Shown one piece after another: positions 1-9,864 of a DNA stretch of 64,000 nt. Below the pieces are notes generated by a model. The model ran no database searches, was not told the origin of the DNA, and saw only the letters and a program-made list of their open reading frames with translations. Numbering within the stretch: the first letter of the stretch is position 1; each line of letters starts with the position of its first letter. The stretch lies in the IMG/VR virus record IMGVR_UViG_3300031452_000005; one strand, 5' to 3'. The position numbers and the translations under genes are program-made. Source of the stretch: a virus.

Positions 1-2
1 GT

Positions 3-98
3 GTCGAGATGCTCTACAAGACCATCGCCGAGCGTGACGCGGCCCTGGCGCATACACAGCAGATAGACACGGCAACCGATGCCCGGCAAGGGGACTAG
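3..98 (+). CDS. 3' end of an upstream late gene (partial)
   Basis: Open frame from window edge (VEMLYKTIAERDAALAHTQQ...GD*) ending TAG at 96-98, 2 nt before next ATG. Confidence 0.4.
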   Translation, partial: VEMLYKTIAERDAALAHTQQIDTATDARQGD

Positions 99-100
99 CG

Positions 101-379
101 ATGTTGGAGCCATGCGACCTGATTATCGAACCGGGGGCCGGGGCGCGTATTCAGGAAACATTCGCCAACGCCCGCTACATCGCCGACGTGACCACGCATA
201 CCGTCCTTGTGCGCGGCAATGATGTTGAGGTTGCCGTGACGCCGCGCATGGACGACAACGATTGTCATCTCGCCTATGATACCGCGCTGCATGTCCGTGA
301 CGCCGCCCTAGCAGCGACGCGCGCAACGAAAGCAGCGACAACAGCAGCGACAACAGCCGACGCATCGGTGGAGGGGTAG
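101..379 (+). CDS. hypothetical phage protein
   Basis: 92-aa ORF tightly packed between neighbours. Confidence 0.55.
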   Translation: MLEPCDLIIEPGAGARIQETFANARYIADVTTHTVLVRGNDVEVAVTPRMDDNDCHLAYDTALHVRDAALAATRATKAATTAATTADASVEG

Positions 380-385
380 CCTGCC

Positions 386-817
386 ATGGCCCTGACGTAC
401 TCCTACGACCCCACGGTCATGACCGGCCCCCAGGCCGTCGTCAACAAGATACGACGCCTCGCGGGCGATACTGACACGTTCGGCATGACGGCGGAGACAC
501 CGCGCTCCGAGCGCACGGCCATTTGGAGTGACCAGGACCTGCTGGGCTACCTCGCGGACACCGGCGACTCGTGGTACGCCGCCGCGCTCGCGCTGGAAGC
601 CCTGGCGCAACGCTATGCCGTCATGGCGGTGGGCGTCGATCTAGGCGGTGGCGGCAACATTAACTACGGTTCTGTGAGCGCCCTGCTGGCCCAACGCGCT
701 AAAGACCTCATCGACCGTTTGGAGAGCATGCCTGCGGAAGCAATTTCGGAAAATGACTGGAATGATTTCAGCCTTCGCCGGATTTACGCGAACTCCGCTT
801 TGCGTCAGTTGCCATAA
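386..817 (+). CDS. head-to-tail adaptor (SPP1 gp15-like connector)
   Basis: Motif IRRLAGDTD...SDQDLLGYL...AAALALEALAQRYA typical of adaptor proteins; first gene of the neck module. Confidence 0.7.
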   Translation: MALTYSYDPTVMTGPQAVVNKIRRLAGDTDTFGMTAETPRSERTAIWSDQDLLGYLADTGDSWYAAALALEALAQRYAVMAVGVDLGGGGNINYGSVSALLAQRAKDLIDRLESMPAEAISENDWNDFSLRRIYANSALRQLP

Positions 818-836
818 GCACGAGGGGGTGGCTGAA

Positions 837-1070
837 ATGACCGCGCAACACACCTGTTGGCGGCATCTAACGCGTATGGGGACATGGAACGAACGTGCCG
901 CGCGCGCGCCTAGAGGGTGGCGCTGTCTGATTGCCATCACAGGGCGCGAGGTGGCGATCCTTCGTTGGCGTTTCTTTTGCTGGTGCCATAGGGGGCAGGT
1001 ATTTCGTGCCTTTGACCCTGCGACGATCGTGCGTGCCGTGCGTGACGATGTGGAAGCGTGGGCGCTCTGA
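837..1070 (+). CDS. hypothetical protein
   Basis: ATG at 837 after GAGGGGG; Trp/Arg-rich 77 aa. Confidence 0.4.
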   Translation: MTAQHTCWRHLTRMGTWNERAARAPRGWRCLIAITGREVAILRWRFFCWCHRGQVFRAFDPATIVRAVRDDVEAWAL

Positions 1071-1205
1071 TGATTTCGTTCAACGTGAACGATACGCGGG
1101 CAACGGCGACGGTTTCACGCCAGGTGGTGTCGGGTAGTAAGTCTTACGGACCACCTCCCGGTGTCAAGCGTGGGTAACGCGTCAGGGAAAAGGAGATGTA
1201 GTATC

Positions 1206-1340
1206 ATGGATGGTTTTGCTGGCGGAGTCTTCGTGATAGCGACGATCATTTGGGTGTACGGTAGATCAATCATTGCATTCGTAGCAGGATTGCGTAACGC
1301 GATCATGCATGGGCAAGGTCCAGGGGATCAAGATTTATAA
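1206..1340 (+). CDS. small single-pass membrane protein (44 aa)
   Basis: Read manually: AAGGAG RBS, MDGFAGGVFVIATIIWVYGRSIIAFVAGLRNAIMHGQGPGDQDL*. Confidence 0.5.
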   Translation: MDGFAGGVFVIATIIWVYGRSIIAFVAGLRNAIMHGQGPGDQDL

Positions 1341-1489
1341 CGCCGCCCTAAACAGCCTAGATCGCGCTGGATTGGCCCGCCGCGCCGCTTAGGCGACGTG
1401 GGAAGACCCCGGCTTTCGCCGTGTGGTGTATCACCCTCTCTCAGAGGCTCTCAGGGGCGCGCGTCGCGTTGGGAGAGGGAAAGATAGGC

Positions 1490-2080
1490 ATGATATCGTT
1501 CAACCTCTCCCAAGCGCTCTCCGACACGCTAACGCAGCGCATCTCCCTATTCGCAGGGAAGCAACACTGCTGGCTGGCCGTGCGCCTCACCATCACGACG
1601 GTGGACCCGCGTACCGGCCAGGCCGCGACGACGTGTCCGGTCTGCTGGGACGCCGCCGAGCAACGCCCCACCGTGGAGAACGACCCGACCTGCCTGGGGA
1701 CGGGGTTTATCGTGCCCGCTAGTGGCGCTGTGCCACAACAGGCGGGCTACCTTAACCCCGTGCCCATCCAGGCGTTTGTGGTCGAGAATGAGCAGCACAC
1801 CGAGCAGTCCGAGCAAGGGGTCGTGCAGTTCGCCCAGGACACGCTCTACTACGCCGGGGGCGAAACGGTCGTCAAGAAAGGCGATGCGATCATCCGCGTC
1901 ATTTTCCCGGAGCGGGCCACGACGCGCTTTGTGGTGGGTGACATGCTCACGCCCCACGTCCTAGGTGGGCAAGTCCTCATGGGGAGCCCTGCACTGGAAC
2001 GCCGCGCACACGGGGACCCGATTTTTTCGATCCCTCTCACCGACCCTTCACCGGATGCCCCAGGAACATGGGAGGGGTAG
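1490..2080 (+). CDS. head closure / stopper protein
   Basis: GGAGAGGG RBS before ATG 1490; CPVC...CLGTGF motif and KKGDAIIRV segment seen in myovirus neck proteins; position after adaptor. Confidence 0.6.
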   Translation: MISFNLSQALSDTLTQRISLFAGKQHCWLAVRLTITTVDPRTGQAATTCPVCWDAAEQRPTVENDPTCLGTGFIVPASGAVPQQAGYLNPVPIQAFVVENEQHTEQSEQGVVQFAQDTLYYAGGETVVKKGDAIIRVIFPERATTRFVVGDMLTPHVLGGQVLMGSPALERRAHGDPIFSIPLTDPSPDAPGTWEG

Positions 2081-2084
2081 GCCG

Positions 2085-2639
2085 TCAGGAAACATGCTTC
2101 CATTGTGTGCCAGTAATCACGCGCGTAATTGTGTGCCTAGAAACTCCGAAGTGACGTGCGATAGATGTGCATTGTTCACCGCTAGCAAACCTGTCTTTAA
2201 TGGGGATGATATCGGCCTCAGTGAGTTTAGCGTCAGGTCGGTTTGACCCGCGGCTTAACGTTTCAGGATGCATACGCGCTCCACTTCTGTCGCCGCGCGC
2301 CAACTTTTCCGGGTGTAGCCTTTGATAACTGCGATCTCCCATTGCCATGCGGCCTTTGCGCCTAGCATCCTCTTGATTATCGGCGTTGGTCCCCAGGAAC
2401 AAATGGTCGGGATTGCAACATAGTGGCACATCGCATTTATGGCAGACCATTAAGGCGTTAGGAATGGGGCCGTTAGCCAGTTCCCATGCGACGCGATGGG
2501 CCGTGCGCTGAACCCCATGAATGGTGACAACCCCGTATTTGCCGTTACCACTCTTCGGTTTCCATAGCCAACACGTATCAGTCTTGTTGAGACGTGCCCA
2601 AAAGTGTTTGGCAACCTCTTCCTCTGTTAGTCGGCGCAT
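2085..2639 (-). CDS. HNH homing endonuclease (I-HmuI-like, HNH_3)
   Basis: FWARLNKTDTCWLW...AHRVAW...VCHKCDVPLCCNPDHLFLGTNADN; C-terminal HTH-like tail; AGGAGG RBS; visibly lower GC than flanks. Confidence 0.9.
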   Translation of the reverse strand: MRRLTEEEVAKHFWARLNKTDTCWLWKPKSGNGKYGVVTIHGVQRTAHRVAWELANGPIPNALMVCHKCDVPLCCNPDHLFLGTNADNQEDARRKGRMAMGDRSYQRLHPEKLARGDRSGARMHPETLSRGSNRPDAKLTEADIIPIKDRFASGEQCTSIARHFGVSRHTITRVITGTQWKHVS

Positions 2640-2810
2640 AAGGAAGCCCTCCTTGTGACTGGGCGTCTTGCTTAGGGACAACCACAGATAGCCACAAAGA
2701 GGGCATGAAAAAGCGCCCATGATCCGTGTATTCAATTGTCCCTAAGCACTCTAATTATACCACGAAACGCCTTCAGCATGCGTGGGAGGGCTAGCGTTTA
2801 TAGTACGAGT

Positions 2811-3506
2811 ATGAACACGCAAGACATGCCGCATGATTTGCCCGCAAAGTATGTATGCCCTGGATGTCGGGACGTGTGCCCAACCGATGAAGCGCTACAA
2901 GCGCCAATTCGTCGCATTGAACCGCGCGACCCCTATTATGGCACGGCGCGTACTCAATTGGTTTGTCCTGCATGCGCCGCGAACCGAAACGCGCAAGGGT
3001 ATGTCACCGCCGCGTTTCGATATGGCGGGACGCAGGGCGCACGCGACTCCTATGCTGACCTGGACACGGGGTACGCCGCGAAAGATGGCACGACAATTAC
3101 CTATAGCGCGATAAAACGGGGGCTCGCAGACATTGACGATCCGCGAGGACCCGTGCCATCACATGATGGCGAACAAAAAAGGGTCCCATTCCATCCCCCC
3201 GCTGATCCAGAAGCGACTGCGCACGCCCGTGCGGTCGCGGCCGAGCGCGTGAAGGAGCGGCAGGCGCTGGAGGCGCAACACGCTGCGTCGGTCGCGGCCA
3301 TCGCACAAGCGGTCAAAAACAACATCGCACAAGAAATAGCCGCACGAACCATATGCATGACAGCAACGGACGATGAACTGAAAACGACAGACATGTCCGA
3401 TATGCGGTCTCGCTTGCCGACGCCCACCGATCAGGATGAGAGGACGCTTGTCTTGTTACCGGATTACACGTTGGCCTATTCCGACGGTCACGCATCGGAT
3501 GCTTGA
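2811..3506 (+). CDS. hypothetical protein with two CxxC motifs (possible Zn finger)
   Basis: CPGC and CPAC motifs; GGGAGGG upstream of ATG 2811. Confidence 0.5.
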   Translation: MNTQDMPHDLPAKYVCPGCRDVCPTDEALQAPIRRIEPRDPYYGTARTQLVCPACAANRNAQGYVTAAFRYGGTQGARDSYADLDTGYAAKDGTTITYSAIKRGLADIDDPRGPVPSHDGEQKRVPFHPPADPEATAHARAVAAERVKERQALEAQHAASVAAIAQAVKNNIAQEIAARTICMTATDDELKTTDMSDMRSRLPTPTDQDERTLVLLPDYTLAYSDGHASDA

Positions 3507-3521
3507 AGGGGGCTTGATTAT

Positions 3522-3848
3522 ATGAGCGACACGACGACGACAACCGACCCCGTACAATTGCGCGCCCCAGCGGGCCGCGCCCACTACATCGCCGCCACGG
3601 GGCGCTACTACGCGACGGGCGACGATGGCCTGGTCGTCCCGCCCGGCGTCGATAGCCACGACGCCGACGAATTGCGGCGCGCGGGCTACCTGCCACCGGA
3701 GGACGCGCGCACCGCCGCCCAGCGGCGCAAACAGGCCGCCAGCGTGCCTGCCACGACCGACGGGCAAGCCGCGACCGTCCCCGCCATCGCCGCGACGGTC
3801 GGCGGCGCGTCCGTGACCGCCACGCCCACCAAGGCGGCAGGCGCTTAG
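3522..3848 (+). CDS. small virion/neck-region protein
   Basis: 108-aa ORF in the late operon with GAAGGGGG RBS; Ala/Thr-rich C-terminus. Confidence 0.5.
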   Translation: MSDTTTTTDPVQLRAPAGRAHYIAATGRYYATGDDGLVVPPGVDSHDADELRRAGYLPPEDARTAAQRRKQAASVPATTDGQAATVPAIAATVGGASVTATPTKAAGA

Positions 3849-3879
3849 TTGCACACAGCGTCGCACAGGAGGCGTCCGT

Positions 3880-4290
3880 ATGGCCTCCCACGCGACGCTG
3901 GCGGCGGCCGTGGACGCCCTACGCCAGCGCCTGGAAGATGGCGCGGACGCGGCGCTCAAGGCCGTGGGCGACGCGTGGGCCGAGGAAGCGTCGGCGCTCG
4001 CGCCCGTCGATACGGGCACGCTGGCGCGTAGTCTCGTTTTCGTGCCCACCGCACACCTGACGGGCGAACTCAGGATGGTCTACTACGGCGCCATTGTGCG
4101 CGCGGGCGTCCCCGCCCATACCGCCGTGCGCGTCCTCACCGCGACCCACACGCGGCCACAGGCGTCGTTCGCGCCTGCCCCGCACAAGGGACAAGGGGCA
4201 AACGACTTCATCGGGCGTGCGTGGGCCTCTGAGCGTGTCCGTGCGGTCCTCGCACAGTTCGGGACGTACACTTTCACCCCTGGACTTTGA
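3880..4290 (+). CDS. HK97 gp10-like neck/tail completion protein
   Basis: LAPVDTGTLARS motif characteristic of the HK97 gp10 family; GGAGG RBS. Confidence 0.8.
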   Translation: MASHATLAAAVDALRQRLEDGADAALKAVGDAWAEEASALAPVDTGTLARSLVFVPTAHLTGELRMVYYGAIVRAGVPAHTAVRVLTATHTRPQASFAPAPHKGQGANDFIGRAWASERVRAVLAQFGTYTFTPGL

Positions 4291-4386
4291 CACTCCCACG
4301 CACGCTCTCAGCGCGTGACAAGGCTAAGGGGGCTGGAGCGGGCGTGTCGGCGTCGCGCCTCGCACAGCCAAGGAAGGGCAAACGGC

Positions 4387-5112
4387 ATGACGCAATCGCC
4401 CACGCCACCGCCCGGCCCGTTGCTGGCGAGTTTCGCCGGCTTTGGCGAGGAGGCGGTGCGTGACCTCTGCGGCATCCTGGGTCCGCTGTTCGCCGTGCTG
4501 ACCGATCAGGTGGGCAATCCGGCGAACGTGCGCGTTGACGCGGCCTACGCCGACGAGGCGGGCAAGTACCCCCAGGTCGTCCCCCGCGTGAAACTCGGCC
4601 CGCAGCCGATCAACCCCGGCAATAACATCGCGTGGGCGGATAGGACGGTCGGCGGCAACGCCTACTATGGCGAGGAGGCGACCGACTCGCAGATCATCTT
4701 CGACATCTACGCTCTCTCGGACCCCCAGCGCCAATACCTCATGGCCTACCTACGCTACGGCATCCAGACGGCGTACACCATCGACGCCACGAGCGGCCAG
4801 CCCATCGGGGCCTACGTCCTGAAGCAGATGGACGACGCCGGCATCATCCCCAAGCGGTTCATGGCCGACCAGGCGCCGGACCCGCGCACGACCGACGACC
4901 GACCCTACGGGCAGGTCTACCGCGCGACCGTCGCCATGCAGGCCGACGTGGCCTGTAGCTGGGTCGTGCCCCTGACGGCTTACCCGTCGATCACGGTCCA
5001 GGTCACGGCCACGCCCGATGTCCCCGACCCCTTCGCCAACACGGTCCTCTACGTGCCCGCGAAGCTCCCGCCGTTCCCGTCCGTGACGGACCCGCCCATC
5101 CTTATCCCGTAA
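4387..5112 (+). CDS. tail terminator / sheath-stabilising protein
   Basis: Position between gp10-like gene and sheath; FDIYALSDPQRQYL segment like tail terminators. Confidence 0.6.
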   Translation: MTQSPTPPPGPLLASFAGFGEEAVRDLCGILGPLFAVLTDQVGNPANVRVDAAYADEAGKYPQVVPRVKLGPQPINPGNNIAWADRTVGGNAYYGEEATDSQIIFDIYALSDPQRQYLMAYLRYGIQTAYTIDATSGQPIGAYVLKQMDDAGIIPKRFMADQAPDPRTTDDRPYGQVYRATVAMQADVACSWVVPLTAYPSITVQVTATPDVPDPFANTVLYVPAKLPPFPSVTDPPILIP

Positions 5113-5275
5113 CACGCCCGCGTCTACAGGACATGACGTGTCTCCGCGCCTATCGCGCATCGCCCCTGTCCGTATCGCCCCTGTCGTTCCCCGCGACGCG
5201 TCGCGCCCGCAACAAGCGGGCGCCGTGTCGAAGCATCGGCGCGCTCGCGCCCGTATCTCCGCGAGGTCATCCATC

Positions 5276-6778
5276 ATGCCAAACTACGCGGCATCGCGCG
5301 TCGTCGTCAACCCCACGCAGGTCGCCACCCAGTTGTCGGCCGGCACGGCGGCCAATACCGTCCTGGCCCTGTTCATCGCCCCGCAAGGGCCGGACACGCC
5401 GACCCTGTTCTCTCCGGCGCAGGGCGGCCAGCTGTACGGCGTCCCGTCCTCCCCCGCCTCGGTCGGCTACACCGGCCCGCTCGGCATCACCATCCTGGGC
5501 CAGCAGTCGCAAACGGCGCGTTCTTCGCCTATCAACATCATGGGGTGTCGCACCAACGTCACGCGCGCGCAGGCCACCGTGGGCGGCCTCACCGTGCAGG
5601 GCGTCGGCCTCTACGCCGGCAGCAAGGGCAACAGCCTGGCCGTGCAGTACACCGCGACCACCACCGCCATCACCTCCGTCACCGTCGTGGACACGAGCAA
5701 CGCCAACGCGCCCCTGCTCACGATCACGAACGCGCAGGCGACGGCGGGCCTTGGCAGTTGGGCCGCGATCCAGTTGGCGATCAACGGCGCGCAGCCGGTC
5801 GGCAACCTGGCCTCCGTGGTCTACGTGTCCGCCGTCAACACGGCGGCGCTCTATCCCGGCACGCCGCCCGCCGCGCCAGGCACGGCGCTGATAGGGGGTG
5901 TGGACAACAACGGCGGCGGCGCGGCCGACGCGACCGTGGCCTCCCTGCTGAATCAAAGCCTGCCCTTCCGCGCCGACTATATCTGGGCCGGCTTCGACGC
6001 GGCGACCATCGCCCCCACGCTACTGACGCACCTGGCGGCGGCGCAGGCCGCCAACCAATTCCGCTACGCCACGCTTGGCCCGGCGGCGGGCACGGCCTAC
6101 ACGAGCCTGTCGGGGTCGTACACGACGCCGTTCCTGGCCGACACGCTGCAATGCATGGCCCCCGACCTGGGCATCCTGGGTCCGGGGTCGAGCACCCCCG
6201 GCGGCGGCGGCGGCGTGGTGGACGGCTTCTATCTGGCCGCCGCCGTCAGCGCCCTCAAGGCCACCGGGCGTCGGCGCGTGACCTGCAACAAGAACCAGCC
6301 GTTGGCTGGTTTCGTGGGCTTTGGGCACACCGGCCTGGCGGGCGCGCCGACGCCACCACAAGCGCAGGCGCTGGGCCAGGCCGGGACGGTCGTGCTGCGG
6401 CAGGCCATCAATGGCGGTCCCATCACCATCGCCGACAACATCACCACCACGCCCGAATACCCCGCCGGTTCGTCGCAGGTCAACATCTTCTACGAGGTGT
6501 CGATGCGCGACGTGGATAACGCCGTCAAGGCCGACCTGTACCAGGCGGTTGACCCGTTCAGCGGCCAGGCCCGCCTCGACAGCGCGAGCGACGTCGCCGA
6601 CATCACCTACGCCATCGACCGCGCCGTGTCCGGCATGGGCGACAACATCAACGGCTACGGCCCCAACGGCGTCCAGTTGTCCATCAACCCGACCACCGGC
6701 AACCCCCAGGCCGCCGTCAACCTCCTCTACCCGTTCCCTTATGGCGAGATTGACATAACGCCCATCGTCAGCATTTGA
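5276..6778 (+). CDS. tail sheath protein
   Basis: About 500 aa, sheath-type C-terminal region (AQALGQAGTVVL...ITIADNITT...VSMRDVDN); directly upstream of tube gene. Confidence 0.85.
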   Translation: MPNYAASRVVVNPTQVATQLSAGTAANTVLALFIAPQGPDTPTLFSPAQGGQLYGVPSSPASVGYTGPLGITILGQQSQTARSSPINIMGCRTNVTRAQATVGGLTVQGVGLYAGSKGNSLAVQYTATTTAITSVTVVDTSNANAPLLTITNAQATAGLGSWAAIQLAINGAQPVGNLASVVYVSAVNTAALYPGTPPAAPGTALIGGVDNNGGGAADATVASLLNQSLPFRADYIWAGFDAATIAPTLLTHLAAAQAANQFRYATLGPAAGTAYTSLSGSYTTPFLADTLQCMAPDLGILGPGSSTPGGGGGVVDGFYLAAAVSALKATGRRRVTCNKNQPLAGFVGFGHTGLAGAPTPPQAQALGQAGTVVLRQAINGGPITIADNITTTPEYPAGSSQVNIFYEVSMRDVDNAVKADLYQAVDPFSGQARLDSASDVADITYAIDRAVSGMGDNINGYGPNGVQLSINPTTGNPQAAVNLLYPFPYGEIDITPIVSI

Positions 6779-6903
6779 TACGCCGACGATAGGGGCGGGG
6801 TAGACCACCGCTAAGAGCGGGCTATCGGGCGACGCATAGACGCCCACACACGACACGCGCGCCCCACACGAGCGGGCGCGCCGTACCCATCGAGGAGTCG
6901 CAC

Positions 6904-7739
6904 ATGGCGACAGGCAGACCTGTCCTCTCGCAGGGCATACACACCTACATGCGAGACGGCAACCGCACCAACAAGCGTCACGCCCGCTACGGCCAGTTGT
7001 ACCTCAATAGCCAGATCATCGGCGGCGTGCAGATGTTCAACTACCGCGAGACCAACGGCACCCACCTGGAGCCGGAAGGCGGCTCGGACTACAACGAGAT
7101 CGTCGTGGGCCAGCGCCAGTTCAGCGTCACGCTGCGTCGCCAGATGGTGCGCGGCTCCGACCTCGCCGAGATGGTGCGCAACGAGTTCCCCGATGTGCAG
7201 GATGTCGATTTTAGGGACTTACCCTTCGTCTTACGGTATCACTACCTATACACGAGTGCTACTAATAAGACGAAGTACGAAGATGCGACGTTCGTCTGCT
7301 AGATGCGGCGTCCTGCATCGGTAACGATGCAGTTAAATGTTGGAGAACTCGGGGAACGCTGAGATGTGGCGCGTGAGCGTCCGCCAATCCCGAACCTTCG
7401 CTACAGTACGCGCAAGCGAAAAAATCTCTCTGAGATTATCTGTAGAGGGCGTAGAGACTATGCGCCAACCCCCGCGCGAGCGGGTGAAGATATAGTCCGA
7501 CCTTACGGGAACAACAACCGTAAGAGCGTGCCAGAAATGTGTACGCCTATCGCGTTTATGCGTGCGATTAGTAACAAAATGGGCATATGAGCGACATTTC
7601 CATCAGCGATTACGCATGGGGCTACGACAGTCCCAACGGACTTCTGACTGAGAACTTCACCGCTATCTCACGCGGGTATGGTTTCTCCGACGACGGCAAG
7701 CAGAGCCGCGGCGTTGCCAAGGCGCTGCTCGGCAACTAA
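6904..7739 (+). CDS. tail tube protein, split: join(6904..7292,7583..7739), 181 aa
   Basis: Exon 1 resembles tube proteins but stops at 7302; removing 7293-7582 restores the frame (...YEDAT-L-HMSDISISDYAWGYDSPNGLLTENFTAISRGY...GN*). Confidence 0.85.
7293..7582 (+). ncRNA. group I self-splicing intron, no internal ORF
   Basis: P GAACTCGGGGAAC (7345), Q AATCCCGAACC (7386), R GTAGAGACTA (7451), S GAAGATATAGTCCGA (7486); P7 GACTA/TAGTC, P3 GTTGG/CCAAC, P2 CTGCATCG-GTAA-CGATGCAG, P8 CCCGC-GCGA-GCGGG, P9 CTTACGG/CCGTAAG; U7292.G7307 in P1; P10 GCAT/ATGC; terminal G7582. Confidence 0.92.
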
Positions 7740-8929
7740 TCGGCGTCTTCAAGTGAGAAGGACATTTGCCCGTCGTTTGACACCGCGCGTTTGCGCTCGG
7801 ACGACAGACGGCGGGCTTCCGTCCATTTCGCGCGCCATTCCGGGTCGGCCCACAATGCTTTCTTGGCTTCCGCGTGCTTGGCTTTGTTGTCGGGATCGGA
7901 GAAATGTGCGCGATGTCCCGCCATCTTCTTCTCAACGGTCGCGGGGTCACGCAAGTTAGCCCTGACATCAACACCTTGCGCTTTTTGCTCCGCGATATAG
8001 GCCGACAACCCCGCGCCGATCTTGGCGCGTGTCTCAGCGGTACGCTCTTGTCCCATGTGCGCCTCAGATTGTCGCCGTAAGGACTCAGGAGTATTGGCCG
8101 CACGTCGGTTCGCGGACATCGTGGCGCGCGTTGCGTCCGATACGGCATGCCCTGTGCTTGCCGCCGCTAACTTCGCGCGGTATTCTGGGTTGGCCGACCT
8201 TTTCTTGTCTGCCGCTGCCATGCGTGCCTTCATCTCAGGGCTACGCTTCTGGCCCTTGTTGGCGGCAGATACCTTCGCGCGCGCTTCGGGGCTATTGGTC
8301 TTGCCTAGGTGCGACTGGCGCATCTTTTCGCGCACTTCGGGCTTGCCCAATGCTTCGGCTCGCCGCGCATTGTTATATGCCTGTTGTTCAGGCGTGCGAT
8401 TGCGCGCCGCCGCGATAAGCGCCGCTGTACATTTGGGTAGCCATACCGCGTCATCGTTGATGCGATGACGTTCCCATCGGGCCAATTGGATGGCCGATAG
8501 GCGCTCTCGCAGAGCGGCAGGGCGTTTTTGCCCAAGCACGCGTTTCCGCGCCGCCGTACGCATTTCTAGGGTCCAACTCTCGGTACTTATCCCATCGCCA
8601 CCGCGCGTCGCATTGACCAAGTGGCATCCGATTGACAGGTAATACTCAATCAATCGGATTTCTTCCAGCGCGGCGAGTGCATTAGTCGGATGAACGTGGA
8701 GGACGGCCATGGTTGGCCGCAACCCGCGTTGCATCAGAGACTTGATCCAATTGTTTTTATATGTCATGGCGCGAAGCGACGACGGGCGCATGTGTTCTTG
8801 CAGTCGACGCTTCGGCTTGTCCGTCTTGCCGACGTACCGCACGTCACCCGTATCGGGTTCGTTGAGCGTGTACGTGTAAACGGGACGTGCGACGGTCATG
8901 GGGAGGTCGTACACTGAGGATAGGTCCAT
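7736..8929 (-). CDS. GIY-YIG homing endonuclease with NUMOD3-like repeats
   Basis: YTYTL...RYVGKT...RLQEH...LEEIRLI...LVN catalytic pattern; repeated GKTNSPEARAKVS-type DNA-binding motifs. Confidence 0.9.
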   Translation of the reverse strand: MDLSSVYDLPMTVARPVYTYTLNEPDTGDVRYVGKTDKPKRRLQEHMRPSSLRAMTYKNNWIKSLMQRGLRPTMAVLHVHPTNALAALEEIRLIEYYLSIGCHLVNATRGGDGISTESWTLEMRTAARKRVLGQKRPAALRERLSAIQLARWERHRINDDAVWLPKCTAALIAAARNRTPEQQAYNNARRAEALGKPEVREKMRQSHLGKTNSPEARAKVSAANKGQKRSPEMKARMAAADKKRSANPEYRAKLAAASTGHAVSDATRATMSANRRAANTPESLRRQSEAHMGQERTAETRAKIGAGLSAYIAEQKAQGVDVRANLRDPATVEKKMAGHRAHFSDPDNKAKHAEAKKALWADPEWRAKWTEARRLSSERKRAVSNDGQMSFSLEDAD

Positions 8930-9074
8930 AGCTAGGCACCTCTGCTGTGGGCTTAGAAGCGTCGGGGTGTTAGTTGCACTTACCGGCGCTTCGTTGTGTC
9001 TTATCTCCTCTCATTATACCACTTTCACCCCTGCATCCTTCATTTTCGGCCCCATTTAGTAAGGCGCGGTTTAC

Positions 9075-9533
9075 GTGGACGACACGGGCACCCTTCTGTT
9101 TTTCGGCGCGCTGGGTCCCATCGTGGCGCCAGTGCTCTACGCCGACCAGGAATGGGAGGCCGAGTGGCACATCCTCGACTACGAGGAGCGCTGCACCCTG
9201 GACGAGCGCGTCGCCCGCGTCCCCCTTATCCATCAGGACAAGGCGCGCAAGGCCATCCGCATCGCCATGGCCCTGCGTAAGGTCAATGGGCGGCGTGTCA
9301 CGTTCCACGGCGAAGATGAGCAGGAGGAGTTCCTGGCGCGCATGCAGTGGCTTGACACGTACCCCGAGCCGTTCGTGGATGCCGTGTACTACTCCTATCA
9401 ACTGGCCGAACAGAAGCCCGTCGTCCGCCGTCAACAACTGAGCCAAGACCCAAACGTACCGGCCCCCTCGCACGGGGGCAATGGCGACACCTCCGCGACA
9501 GCGGACACTTCAACGGTCCCGACCGCCGACTGA
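9075..9533 (+). CDS. tail assembly chaperone (G)
   Basis: Between tube and tape measure genes; carries a slippery site near its 3' end. Confidence 0.75.
   Translation: MDDTGTLLFFGALGPIVAPVLYADQEWEAEWHILDYEERCTLDERVARVPLIHQDKARKAIRIAMALRKVNGRRVTFHGEDEQEEFLARMQWLDTYPEPFVDAVYYSYQLAEQKPVVRRQQLSQDPNVPAPSHGGNGDTSATADTSTVPTAD
9449..9479 (+). promoter_or_regulatory. programmed -1 ribosomal frameshift signal giving GT product 9075..9868
   Basis: In-frame C CCA AAC heptamer (9449-9455), 6-nt spacer, GCCCCC-TCGCAC-GGGGGC hairpin; -1 frame open to TGA 9868 (RGQWRHLRDSGHF...LTPYEWAY...), overlapping the tape measure ATG. Confidence 0.8.
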
Positions 9534-9864
9534 CCCCCTACGAGTGGGCCTACGTCTCCCTCAACCGTGAACTTGACGAGGATGAACGGCAGGCCGAGCG
9601 CCGCGAAGATAAACTGGCGGCCTATGCTATCGCGCATAACCCCCAGGCCGCTTACGAGGCGCTGGTGCCCGATGGCGGGCGGCGCGACCCGGCCGAAGCC
9701 GAGGACGAGTTCTTCGAGACCGACCCGTGGTGGATCGACGCGCCGGCCATGATCGGCGACCCCGCCGATTATGACGGGATGGGCGACGACGACAACCCTG
9801 CCAGCGCCGTGGGCGTTGGCGGGAACGATGACGACGTAGACGACGGGTGGGGCCTGAGAACACG

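Noticed and set aside
7736-8929. GIY-YIG gene as an intron-encoded ORF
   Set aside because: The intron closes at G7582 and exon 2 ends at 7739; the nuclease is outside and on the opposite strand
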